Source: a virus. From it: a stretch of DNA of 63,410 nucleotides. The stretch covers positions 1 through 63,410 of the IMG/VR virus record IMGVR_UViG_3300012363_000003. One strand, written 5' to 3'. Position numbers and translations under genes: made by a program. Numbering within the stretch: position 1 is the stretch's first letter; each line of letters starts with the position of its first letter. The notes under the pieces are model-generated. The model ran no database searches. It was not told where the DNA came from and saw nothing but the letters and a program-made list of their open reading frames with translations. Shown here one piece after another: positions 16,790-25,306 of this stretch.

Positions 16790-18403
16790 TTATATAGAGC
16801 CGCCCGAGTGCAACCCCGCTCTGGCTGCTGTCTCATTACGTAGCTTGCCTGCTTCCATATTTAGCTGCACGGTCAGGTCCAGAACCTTTGCTGGGTCCCT
16901 TACCAGACTTGCAGTACGAAGCTGTGCGGAGAGCCTGTCTATGTTGGCAAGCGCATCCTGGTTTACCGTTGTCGAGGCCAGCATACGTGCCGTTGCCGTA
17001 CTGATGGTGAGGTTAGCGGTTGTTAGGTCCACATGGATAGCTGCCAGGGACTTATTGCTCTTGATAATAATGTATGCTACCCCACCAAGCCCAGCCATGA
17101 AAGCTCCCATGAGGGCTAAGAGGATGTAGATTGGGTCAATTCCACCGAACACGAGTGTACCTCCGACGATTTGTGCATAGTTCATCACCTGCGCGTTAAC
17201 AGCCACATTCCCATTCATAACGAGCGTAATAGGGTTGGGTACTCCAATCAAGGCGGTACAGTTCAGCCCACCAGGACCGAATGTAAACTGAAACCGCTGT
17301 GCCATAAAAGCATACAGGTTTGTAGCTACTGCTGGCACCGGGGATGGGTTCCGTTGGAGGATTGCCCTATCTCTGGTCAGGAACCTGTATGGGGCTGCCA
17401 TAATAAGGTGCTGGCAATAGGACCGGGTACTTGCGTCTGCCGGGGCCGCCGCCTGTGCCTGGAATACGCCTGCACGATAGAGATTGGTCTTTGCCAGGTT
17501 GGGCGTACCACCTTCGAGTACCATCGGGTCTCCTTGTGGTACGAGAGCCTGTGGTGCAGCCTGGAACTTCGCGGCTTGTAGCTCATCTAGCGCCTGAGAC
17601 GGGGCCAGGATGCCATTATCGCCTATGTCCGGCACCATCCAAGGGGTACAACCAAGTGCAGGGTCCAGGAAGTTGGTCAGGAGCCGATTATCTGATGGGT
17701 TCTTAATGACTAATGCGTCGGTCAGAGCCAGCCTATTATTTGCCGTGTTCTGTGCAATCTGCCCGTTTACTGCAACGAGGTAGGTGGTCTGTACATTGTC
17801 ACTCTGGTCCTGGTCCACCACAGAGAAGTCTCGAACCGTTGGGCAGGGGAGACCATCCACAGCCACACCGAGCGGAGGAATAGTGACCTTCCCCATAGCC
17901 TCACCGAAGAAGCCCGCTGCGTTACAGAAGAAGACCTGACCGAATGGAGTTGTTAGTCCGTTCACACAGAATGCCGCGCCTGGGCCTACGAGGTGTGTTA
18001 CGTTGTTATCCCCACCACCCCAAATGCCAACCACAGCACCACGAGGGATGGCTGGTACTACCGGGGCGATTGCTGGGGTTGTGCCTGCATCTATCACGAG
18101 CGGGGAGTAGACTGAGAGGGCTTTTGTGGCAGGGTCAAAGATGGTAGCCTGCACGAACACGGAACTGGCATTCGTATCCGCTTCTACACAGGTACTCAGT
18201 CCATTGGAGAGTATCCACGGTGTAGCTAGCCCCGCCGCAGTTAGGGGAAAGCGGGGAACAGTCAACGTGCAATCACCCACTACCGCCCGCTTGTTATTCT
18301 CAAAGCTGTAGACATGCGAGGGAGCGAAGAGAAATGCCGACCCGAGTAATGCCAGGGCTATGAGTAGGAACGCTATACTTCTAAATGCATGAATTATGCG
18401 CAT
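16790..18403 (-). CDS. Large bitopic membrane/surface protein of unknown function (537 aa from ATG 18403; the track ORF extends to 18490)
   Basis: N-terminal signal-anchor IAFLLIALALLGSAFLF, a ~430-aa Cys-containing ectodomain, a second TM span ILLALMGAFMAGLGGVAYIII and a coiled C-tail. Confidence 0.6.
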   Translation of the reverse strand: MRIIHAFRSIAFLLIALALLGSAFLFAPSHVYSFENNKRAVVGDCTLTVPRFPLTAAGLATPWILSNGLSTCVEADTNASSVFVQATIFDPATKALSVYSPLVIDAGTTPAIAPVVPAIPRGAVVGIWGGGDNNVTHLVGPGAAFCVNGLTTPFGQVFFCNAAGFFGEAMGKVTIPPLGVAVDGLPCPTVRDFSVVDQDQSDNVQTTYLVAVNGQIAQNTANNRLALTDALVIKNPSDNRLLTNFLDPALGCTPWMVPDIGDNGILAPSQALDELQAAKFQAAPQALVPQGDPMVLEGGTPNLAKTNLYRAGVFQAQAAAPADASTRSYCQHLIMAAPYRFLTRDRAILQRNPSPVPAVATNLYAFMAQRFQFTFGPGGLNCTALIGVPNPITLVMNGNVAVNAQVMNYAQIVGGTLVFGGIDPIYILLALMGAFMAGLGGVAYIIIKSNKSLAAIHVDLTTANLTISTATARMLASTTVNQDALANIDRLSAQLRTASLVRDPAKVLDLTVQLNMEAGKLRNETAARAGLHSGGSI

Positions 18404-19226
18404 TGGACCACTCCAGTTGAACCATATATCCACCATCCCTACGAACCTTCCAGGCACAAATGTCGCCGATTTCCCCGTTCTTGTCGTCATACCAGCCAGT
18501 GCCGGGTACAGGGTCCGTAATCGCTTCGCAGACCTCGTGGGACGTGACTACCGTGAGTGCATCAAGTGCCGACATTCCAGCCGTGCATCCAGAGCAGTCC
18601 GGAAAGGGAAGAACCGCATAATAGATGGGCTTGCCGCCTATGGAGAAAGAGTCATGATACCCACAGAAGGTCTGGCAGGAGGCATCTTGTCCGAGGTCCA
18701 CCGCCACCCCACTAGGCGGGTAGAGGACGTAGAGGGTGCTACCATCCGGGCTGGGCGTGATAACCTCTCTATTTTGGATTGCCTGGGCGAGTCTGGTCTG
18801 TAGCTGCGCGTCTGTGATTACCGTTCCCGCTGGCCTACCGATACCGCGCTTCTTATGGATGTGCTTGCGAACGGCATACCCATTAGCCTGGAAGCAATCG
18901 ATAATACACTGCTCAAGACTGCCCGGAACAGGAGGTGGTGGGGGGCCGGGTGGTGGAGGAGGGGGTGGTGGAGGTGGAGGACTGCCACCCAGCGAGATGT
19001 GGGCTGCTCCCGAGTAGACACCAAGCCCGGTATTGTACTCAGCCAGTTCCGATAGCACGTCCGAGGTAGCCAGCCAGCTAAGGAAGCCACTCATCTCGGT
19101 GCTTAGGGAGAAGTCATCAAACATCACCGCGTAGAGTTCGACGTGTGTAAGCAAGGGGCCGCCGCGATCTGTGAGCAATGCCCCAGCCGCCTGCGCTCCA
19201 TGCCTACGAGGGTTGAATATTTCCAT
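18381..19226 (-). CDS. Two-domain protein with a ~24-residue proline-rich linker (PPPPPPPPPPPPGPPPPPVP) and a Cys-rich C-domain (281 aa)
   Basis: It sits in the position where an endolysin is expected (just after the holin-like gene). C-domain motif CSGC...SHEVCEAITDP...GEIGDICAW is not assigned to a family. Confidence 0.6.
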   Translation of the reverse strand: MEIFNPRRHGAQAAGALLTDRGGPLLTHVELYAVMFDDFSLSTEMSGFLSWLATSDVLSELAEYNTGLGVYSGAAHISLGGSPPPPPPPPPPPGPPPPPVPGSLEQCIIDCFQANGYAVRKHIHKKRGIGRPAGTVITDAQLQTRLAQAIQNREVITPSPDGSTLYVLYPPSGVAVDLGQDASCQTFCGYHDSFSIGGKPIYYAVLPFPDCSGCTAGMSALDALTVVTSHEVCEAITDPVPGTGWYDDKNGEIGDICAWKVRRDGGYMVQLEWSNAHNSCI

Positions 19227-19227
19227 A

Positions 19228-19581
19228 CTACGCACCTTTCTGTGGAGCGGCGGCGGGCAGGATAGGCGCTGCGTGGTTCATAGCATATACAGCAGCCTCT
19301 ACCAGGGTATTAAGCACATCCACGGGAACCTTTAGCCCGGCGTGGTCAAGCTGCTCCTGTACCCGTGCCAGAGCAAACTGCTTCTTTTCTGGATCACTAA
19401 GCACATTGGTGGCTTGCTGCTCTGTGGCCGCTACTGCCTTCGTAACCATGTCCAGGATGAGTGGTCGGGCATTGGATGGCAGACCCTCAAATGCACGCTT
19501 TACCAGGAAGGTGAGCAGGGCGAGTAGTGAGGGGAGTACGATAGGAATTACGATAAGTAGGATTGTAGCAAGTTCTGACAT
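19228..19581 (-). CDS. Holin-like membrane protein, LL-H-type architecture (117 aa)
   Basis: RBS AAAGGAGAG before ATG 19581. It has an N-terminal TM span and the tail KKQFALARVQEQLDHAGLKV...LVEAAVYAMN. Confidence 0.45.
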   Translation of the reverse strand: MSELATILLIVIPIVLPSLLALLTFLVKRAFEGLPSNARPLILDMVTKAVAATEQQATNVLSDPEKKQFALARVQEQLDHAGLKVPVDVLNTLVEAAVYAMNHAAPILPAAAPQKGA

Positions 19582-19606
19582 TTTACTCTCCTTTAAGAGG
19601 GTAGGA

Positions 19607-20272
19607 CTAACTGTATATGCCTCCGTAGCCATCTGACATACGTTTATGTGTGCTGCTACCGGTTGCCGAAAATCCGGGACTCACGATTTCTGCATCCCCA
19701 GCCACACCAGTAGCGGCGCTGTTGGACATGAAGACAGTGATAGTGCTTAGACTAGAGGACCCGGTAGTGATATTGACAATCCACACCTTGCAGAAGCGAT
19801 CACCCGTTGCGAATGCCATTGAACCTTCGGATGTGGCTGCAAGCGAATAGGTCGTTTTTGTGTTGTTGAGGGTCTGCCCGGTGAGAGCGATATCCCCAAC
19901 GACAACATAAGTGCCACCACCACTAGGACGCTTGAGAAGGACGCAATGGATATCAAGAGTAACAGAGGCTCCCAAATTACCCTGGAGAGTAATCTTGGGG
20001 GTCCAGTTGCCCGTTGCGAAGGTCTGCCCGTCAAAATCCGCCGAGTCATCCATCCAGCCGAAATTATTGCTATCTGTTATTGTTGGCTCGGAACCTGCAC
20101 CTGTTTGGCCTATGGCTGTTCCTTGAGACCTTAAGATAATCCAGCCCGTTGTACTGATGGTGATAGTTGTGTTGTTTGAGGTCTCAGTACCCCCAACCGC
20201 AGGAGCTAGCTTATTGGCCGTCGTGACTGTGGTGGCAGCAACACTACTACCGTTCCCCTGGTATGCAGTCAT
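19607..20272 (-). CDS. Tail fibre/receptor-binding-module protein (221 aa)
   Basis: Thr/Ser/Gly-rich beta-type sequence in the tail-tip region. Confidence 0.45.
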   Translation of the reverse strand: MTAYQGNGSSVAATTVTTANKLAPAVGGTETSNNTTITISTTGWIILRSQGTAIGQTGAGSEPTITDSNNFGWMDDSADFDGQTFATGNWTPKITLQGNLGASVTLDIHCVLLKRPSGGGTYVVVGDIALTGQTLNNTKTTYSLAATSEGSMAFATGDRFCKVWIVNITTGSSSLSTITVFMSNSAATGVAGDAEIVSPGFSATGSSTHKRMSDGYGGIYS

Positions 20273-21019
20273 TTATTGCCACTCGAAGTCTATGGAGAGG
20301 TCAGCCGCCCCTACAGCACCCGTATCCGCATTGGCTATACCTGTTGTCGTCGCCCAGGCAATCCCGGTGGTGAAGTTAAGCCCCGCAGGAAAGGCGCGGG
20401 CGTAGGAACCGTTTGCTGGTATCTCGAAGACCTTGACTGGAGTATCCGTACCCACTGTCGGCGCACTGGCTTTGTTGTAGAACTTGACGAAACGCACGGC
20501 GGCATTGACATTAGCGATATCCACTCCCCACAAAACTCCCGCCGAAGCCTTTGTTGATGTTGCATTGGTACTGGCTGCTGAGATAGTGTGCGAAGGCGTG
20601 GCCCCACCCGAAGCCCCCGCTTGTGGAGTTACTGGTTGCGTGGCCTGCCAGAACGTACCCGAGACTGGCTGGGTTGCTTGCCAGAAGGTGCCGGAGACGG
20701 GTTGGGTAGCCTGGAAGAAGTTACCCTGGACAGAGACATTATTAAACTTAACAAAGTCGAAAATGCCCTTCAGCAGTTGGATTACGGACCAAGCGGTGGT
20801 TGATCCATCTGTGGCCTTTGTCTGAGTAGTTGTACCCAGCGTCAAGTTATTCCCATCTTTACTATAGATGGAGACGGGTGCGACGGGGTTTCCTGAGTTG
20901 GCAACAGAAGGACCACCCTCGGTGGGCGTTGTGGTATTTGTCCCAAGTGCTATCACAGACGCCAGAGGGATAGGGGTTGGGGAGGAGGCATCAAGTAGTG
21001 TTGCGGTGTATACAGACAT
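20273..21019 (-). CDS. Tail fibre-associated protein with 3 tandem 11-aa repeats (248 aa)
   Basis: Contains FFQATQPVSGTFWQATQPVSGTFWQATQPV. It directly abuts the neighbouring genes. Confidence 0.5.
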   Translation of the reverse strand: MSVYTATLLDASSPTPIPLASVIALGTNTTTPTEGGPSVANSGNPVAPVSIYSKDGNNLTLGTTTQTKATDGSTTAWSVIQLLKGIFDFVKFNNVSVQGNFFQATQPVSGTFWQATQPVSGTFWQATQPVTPQAGASGGATPSHTISAASTNATSTKASAGVLWGVDIANVNAAVRFVKFYNKASAPTVGTDTPVKVFEIPANGSYARAFPAGLNFTTGIAWATTTGIANADTGAVGAADLSIDFEWQ

Positions 21020-21172
21020 TTACTTAATACCTCTTCCTATCCGGCGTCTGATTGCATCTATCCGGCTCGGCGACTTCTTGTCGTTCCAATGCCTGAGCAC
21101 ATCAAGGACTTCGACTATGAGAATGCCACCGACTAAAACAAGATCGAGGAAGGCAAGAAGTTCAATGGTCAT
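21020..21172 (-). CDS. Small single-TM protein (50 aa)
   Basis: ATGA overlap with the upstream stop. TM span LLAFLDLVLVGGILIVEVL followed by a basic tail. Confidence 0.4.
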   Translation of the reverse strand: MTIELLAFLDLVLVGGILIVEVLDVLRHWNDKKSPSRIDAIRRRIGRGIK

Positions 21173-21423
21173 GCTAGTAACTTTGCTCCTTGTGGGACTT
21201 CTGGTACACGCTCCAGCACCCCACGATCCAGGTCCAACAACCAACTATCCTTCATCACGTCCACCCGGTAGTGCTCAGTCAGTGTTCGTGCGAGGGTCTG
21301 CCGCAGTGCCATAAGTGTGGTTTCATGCTGCTCGATAGCCATGCGGATGGAGCGGAGTACGGGTATGTCCTCGGGCCTGAGTGGGATATTATTCGGTTGC
21401 TCTCTTCTTCTTCGTCTTGACAC
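21169..21423 (-). CDS. Hypothetical protein (84 aa)
   Basis: ORF in the late operon. Confidence 0.45.
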   Translation of the reverse strand: MSRRRRREQPNNIPLRPEDIPVLRSIRMAIEQHETTLMALRQTLARTLTEHYRVDVMKDSWLLDLDRGVLERVPEVPQGAKLLA

Positions 21424-21432
21424 AATTTTCTC

Positions 21433-21759
21433 CTAGAAGCCATAAGTCACAGGTGTGGACCAAGTATGTATGACAACTCCAGAGGCTTGTAGGGTTTGCA
21501 TATTAGAGATGATTGATACATCCCCGTCAGTTGTGGCTATAAACTCTACCTGCACACCCGCGTTTTTATTGATTGCCACAGTGAGAAGGCTTCCAAGCAG
21601 GTTGTAGGTGATTATTACCACTGGAACTATCAGGTTAGCTGGGCCGCCTATCAGGGTCGCAGCTATGTTCATTATGCCTGCTTCAGTGCTCGCTTTCCCC
21701 TGGTCAGTAGCACCAAAGTGAAGGAGAACAGTTCTGTGTACGCCCGGTGTGCTAGCCAT
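21433..21759 (-). CDS. Hypothetical protein (108 aa)
   Basis: ORF in the late operon, RBS GGGAGGGGG upstream. Confidence 0.5.
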   Translation of the reverse strand: MASTPGVHRTVLLHFGATDQGKASTEAGIMNIAATLIGGPANLIVPVVIITYNLLGSLLTVAINKNAGVQVEFIATTDGDVSIISNMQTLQASGVVIHTWSTPVTYGF

Positions 21760-21796
21760 TTAGCCCCCTCCCACAGAGTCGAGTCCCGAGACCCCT

Positions 21797-22918
21797 TTAG
21801 AATTTGATGGATAGGATGTAGACCGTAAGTGCAGCGCCAGTATCGTTACGCATATTGACCTGAGATGAGGTAGCATTTGGGAAGTCAATATAAATCTGGT
21901 GTATATTTGAAGTGCCCTGACCAGAGATTATAGGAATACAAACACTAGGCACCACACCAAGATTGTGATTATAGGCGGTTGATGTGTCGCTCGTGGTGTA
22001 CGGTCCAGCTAAAGCCATACGAGTAATGCTGCCTAGCGTAAAGTTAGTCGTATGCAGATTGCTCGTACCAGCCACGGTAAGAGCGCCATCCACCTTTAGA
22101 TCGTTGGCTACCTCAACCTGTGGAGTGGCATTATTGATGAGTAGCTGAGTAAGCCCACCATTGTCCTTGAGCAGTATCTTCGTACCACTCGCCGGAGCTA
22201 GCAACTGCGTGTTATTCGAGGAGTCCACACCAATGATGTTGCGGGCAGTCCCACCACTGTCCTTCCATTGCGTGAAGGTGTTGTTGTTGTTGATGGTACT
22301 AGCCCCACCCGCAGTAGTCAGGTTCCCAGCGCCATCGGAGTGGATCAACCCACCATCAAACGAGACCGAACCATCAGAGCGTATCAGCCCCTTAACCGTG
22401 CCCGTAGAGTCCTTGATAACCAAAGAACCACCAAACGTCGGGTTGGCTGGAGGCGGGGCGTTACCTACAATAGATGCATCAGTTGCAGTATCGGTGGTGG
22501 TGGTGGTGGTGTTATCTGCTATGGCCTTGACGAAGGTATAAGTAGAACCACCGACCTGGGTACGGTAGATATTCCTGGCTGTCGTACCTGTTGGACCCAC
22601 GGCAATGCTAGATAGTGCTGGGTTCTGGTTGCCGGAGGTGGTCGTCAGAGATGCTGATGGGGAGGGGAGAGACTCTCCATCAGGGCTAACAAAGGTATAC
22701 TTCCACAGATAGGCCCCAATCTGAAGCGCCGTACCCGCCCCAAGAGCCGCAGACAAAGCAGCCGGAGCCACACCAAGAGCCTTGAGAGCCAGGTTGTTGT
22801 TAAAGGTCACTTCTTGGTCGGTCATCACCCCGGTGAATAGCTTTAAGAAGTCGTTGAACCAGTCTGAGGTGATGACGTTTGGTGAGGAGCTACCGTTTGA
22901 GCGGGTCGTTAGAGGCAT
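21797..22918 (-). CDS. Tail fibre protein (373 aa)
   Basis: Gly/Thr/Ser/Asn-rich repeats such as SDGSVSFDGGLIHSDGAGNL. It lies downstream of the tail-tip genes. Confidence 0.55.
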   Translation of the reverse strand: MPLTTRSNGSSSPNVITSDWFNDFLKLFTGVMTDQEVTFNNNLALKALGVAPAALSAALGAGTALQIGAYLWKYTFVSPDGESLPSPSASLTTTSGNQNPALSSIAVGPTGTTARNIYRTQVGGSTYTFVKAIADNTTTTTTDTATDASIVGNAPPPANPTFGGSLVIKDSTGTVKGLIRSDGSVSFDGGLIHSDGAGNLTTAGGASTINNNNTFTQWKDSGGTARNIIGVDSSNNTQLLAPASGTKILLKDNGGLTQLLINNATPQVEVANDLKVDGALTVAGTSNLHTTNFTLGSITRMALAGPYTTSDTSTAYNHNLGVVPSVCIPIISGQGTSNIHQIYIDFPNATSSQVNMRNDTGAALTVYILSIKF

Positions 22919-22965
22919 AGTATGGCTACCTTAATTATACCTGAAACCAGTCAAAAGTTTTCGCC

Positions 22966-23691
22966 TTAGACAACCTGGAGTGTGTATGTGACATCTATCT
23001 CCAAATCGTTGAGGTTATTGTGCAGGTATCCGAGTGGCGCGTAGTTGTGCAGGTTCGTCCCTATAGCCCCAATCGTCAGCTTATCTGCCAAGCCTATATG
23101 TGCGAAGAAAAGGTTGGTTGCTGTCAGCCCGGAGAGAAAGAACTGCATGATGTTCTGACCCAGGCCGGGGGAGTAGGCAGCAGTCATAGTGGCACGGTTG
23201 TTCGGGTTGAAGGTTGGGTCATACTGTGCTTCGGATAGTACAGAGGCTATTGTATCCAACGCCGTAGGACCGCGCACCACAGCATCGCCTATCGGATGAG
23301 TGTTTAAGAGCGGAGCAGTGAGATTGAAGGTGACTGGTGCCGTACCTGACTTGCTGCTGAAGTTCACGGTTTCTTGCGCTGCCAGGCCCGCTGAAAGCAC
23401 AAGCTGGGTATCGCCGGAAACTGTGGGGTCTGCTGTGGTCTGGATTGCTACGTTGGATGGGTTGCCCTGAGCACTCATTGTTGTTTGGGCACTATCAATG
23501 ACCAGATAGATTGGTGGAATGTACTGTCCCGATGGAGCCGCAGCCAGCCCGGTTAAGCCGAAGTTTGTGACGAGATTATGGAACTCACGAACCACCACCC
23601 AGCGGCCACCACGTCTTTCTTTCACCACCCAATGTACTTTCGGCCATATAAGGTTAGGTGGAGATTGTAGCAAATCCTGGGAAGGCGTCAT
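22966..23691 (-). CDS. Tail-tip/baseplate protein (241 aa)
   Basis: Assigned by position between the 550-aa tail protein and the fibre. Confidence 0.45.
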   Translation of the reverse strand: MTPSQDLLQSPPNLIWPKVHWVVKERRGGRWVVVREFHNLVTNFGLTGLAAAPSGQYIPPIYLVIDSAQTTMSAQGNPSNVAIQTTADPTVSGDTQLVLSAGLAAQETVNFSSKSGTAPVTFNLTAPLLNTHPIGDAVVRGPTALDTIASVLSEAQYDPTFNPNNRATMTAAYSPGLGQNIMQFFLSGLTATNLFFAHIGLADKLTIGAIGTNLHNYAPLGYLHNNLNDLEIDVTYTLQVV

Positions 23692-25306
23692 GATTGTCTC
23701 CTAGTGCTGCGGCTCGTGCATAGTACGGCCCATTACCCACCGCCTTTGTCGTCCAGGCCGTGCTTACCTTGACTTGTACCAGGACTGATAGGATGGTGAT
23801 AAACTCAGTAACCTCATCCGTGGTGCTGTCCTGGAAGGTAGCAAGGGTTGGGAGCTTCATGAGGAAGTCCATCAGGTTCCAGTCCCAGGCCCCGAGCGTC
23901 AGGTGGAAGACAAAGTTGCCTCCTCCGTATGGTGCTACTTCCACGGATTGTACGAGATAGGTGCCGTCGATCCCGCGTAGAGCATTCGTAATCCTGATCG
24001 ACATGCCTGCCTGGATGCCTGCTTTGTAGGTGTCTACTTTCAGGGTGGTCAGACCGTATGCTTGCTGGGAGAGGAGAACCTTACACCTCTGGACTGCTGT
24101 GGTAAGGTCAAAGATTGTGCTATCGTCAATGGAGCCATCAAAGTACGCCCCGAAGAAGGTGTGGCTACCCTCATCAGTAAGCACCAAAGCTAGTGGAAAG
24201 TTATAGCGATATTTGACCAGGACGGTTACTCCCCCGGCTGGTGCCACATCAAAGGTGGCTATATCACTGCTTTGGTCAATGAGCACCTTCGCTAGGCCCC
24301 CCGCACTAATGAAGGTATTAGCTGGGTCGGACTCGTTTGCCACCCCAACCACCTGCTCCACACCGTTTAATGTGACGTGATACTTCCCATCGGTCTGCAC
24401 GAGTGGGTGGTAGGCCAGGGGGAAGGTCTTGTTGTTCCCATTGGCAAGCATGCTCACATCTTGGGTGAAGTTATTGGAGACCTTTGTTCCGCCATGAAAC
24501 AGAACACGATTGATGATGGAGTTGTCGTCTACCAGGAACTCGGCTACGTTGTGGGGGAAGGTGAGCACAAAGTCCGGTTGGTCACTCAGGTTGAATGGCG
24601 CGGCTGAGACAGATGTGGGGGATACGTAGTGCAGGAACTTCATAAAATCTATGTAGACCAAGAAGCCCGTAACCCCGGATATGGTCTGCAACACCTGCTC
24701 CACGGTCACATTACGGAAGTTCTTTCTCGGGAAGGTATACGCTCCACTCGTGGGAAGGAATGTCAGCTTGACCCAAGGCGCGTACTTCGTGATGATGGCC
24801 GAGATGATCTGTATGTCGGTTTGTGCAGTGAAGACTTCGTTGACCAGAGTGCGCTGTAGGCTGGTGGAATAATCAATCCCCTCCACAGCCGTAAAGTTCT
24901 GCTTCGTATTTCCCAGCACGGAGGTCGAGGTATCCGTCAGCTTCGTCGCATACCCACCAAATATGATCGTACCCCCGGCATCCGTAATAATGATCTCACC
25001 TTGACGTACCAGGCTGGGGAAAAGAGTGTAGTTGATTACCGGGCGTCCAGTCAGAGTACCGCCGAAAGTCCTTGGAACAAACTGGCTGGTGGTAAAATTG
25101 CCTGAAGGTGGAATGGCCTGACCCGCACCTATTGCTTTGTTCGCTGGGCCAAGGGACGTGTTGAACTTGGCGGTGGTTGCGCGGCCTTGTGTGGCACCAG
25201 ACCCGCCCGCACCCGCACCCTGTCCAAGCGTATCAGTGACTACAACGGATAGCTGGTCCACATACTTCGTGATATCCTGTCCAGCTAGAGTGATTGTGTA
25301 GGTCAT
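23654..25306 (-). CDS. Distal tail/tail-tip protein (550 aa)
   Basis: It lies immediately downstream of the tape measure gene, with stop and start abutting. Confidence 0.55.
   Translation of the reverse strand: MTYTITLAGQDITKYVDQLSVVVTDTLGQGAGAGGSGATQGRATTAKFNTSLGPANKAIGAGQAIPPSGNFTTSQFVPRTFGGTLTGRPVINYTLFPSLVRQGEIIITDAGGTIIFGGYATKLTDTSTSVLGNTKQNFTAVEGIDYSTSLQRTLVNEVFTAQTDIQIISAIITKYAPWVKLTFLPTSGAYTFPRKNFRNVTVEQVLQTISGVTGFLVYIDFMKFLHYVSPTSVSAAPFNLSDQPDFVLTFPHNVAEFLVDDNSIINRVLFHGGTKVSNNFTQDVSMLANGNNKTFPLAYHPLVQTDGKYHVTLNGVEQVVGVANESDPANTFISAGGLAKVLIDQSSDIATFDVAPAGGVTVLVKYRYNFPLALVLTDEGSHTFFGAYFDGSIDDSTIFDLTTAVQRCKVLLSQQAYGLTTLKVDTYKAGIQAGMSIRITNALRGIDGTYLVQSVEVAPYGGGNFVFHLTLGAWDWNLMDFLMKLPTLATFQDSTTDEVTEFITILSVLVQVKVSTAWTTKAVGNGPYYARAAALGDNHDAFPGFATIST

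Noticed and set aside
20600-20720. Tandem near-identical 33-nt repeats in a tail-fibre gene might be a diversity-generating retroelement variable/template pair.
   Set aside because: They are in-frame, adjacent 11-aa repeats (ATQPVSGTFWQ) within one ORF. No reverse transcriptase ORF and no distant template copy exist anywhere in the genome.
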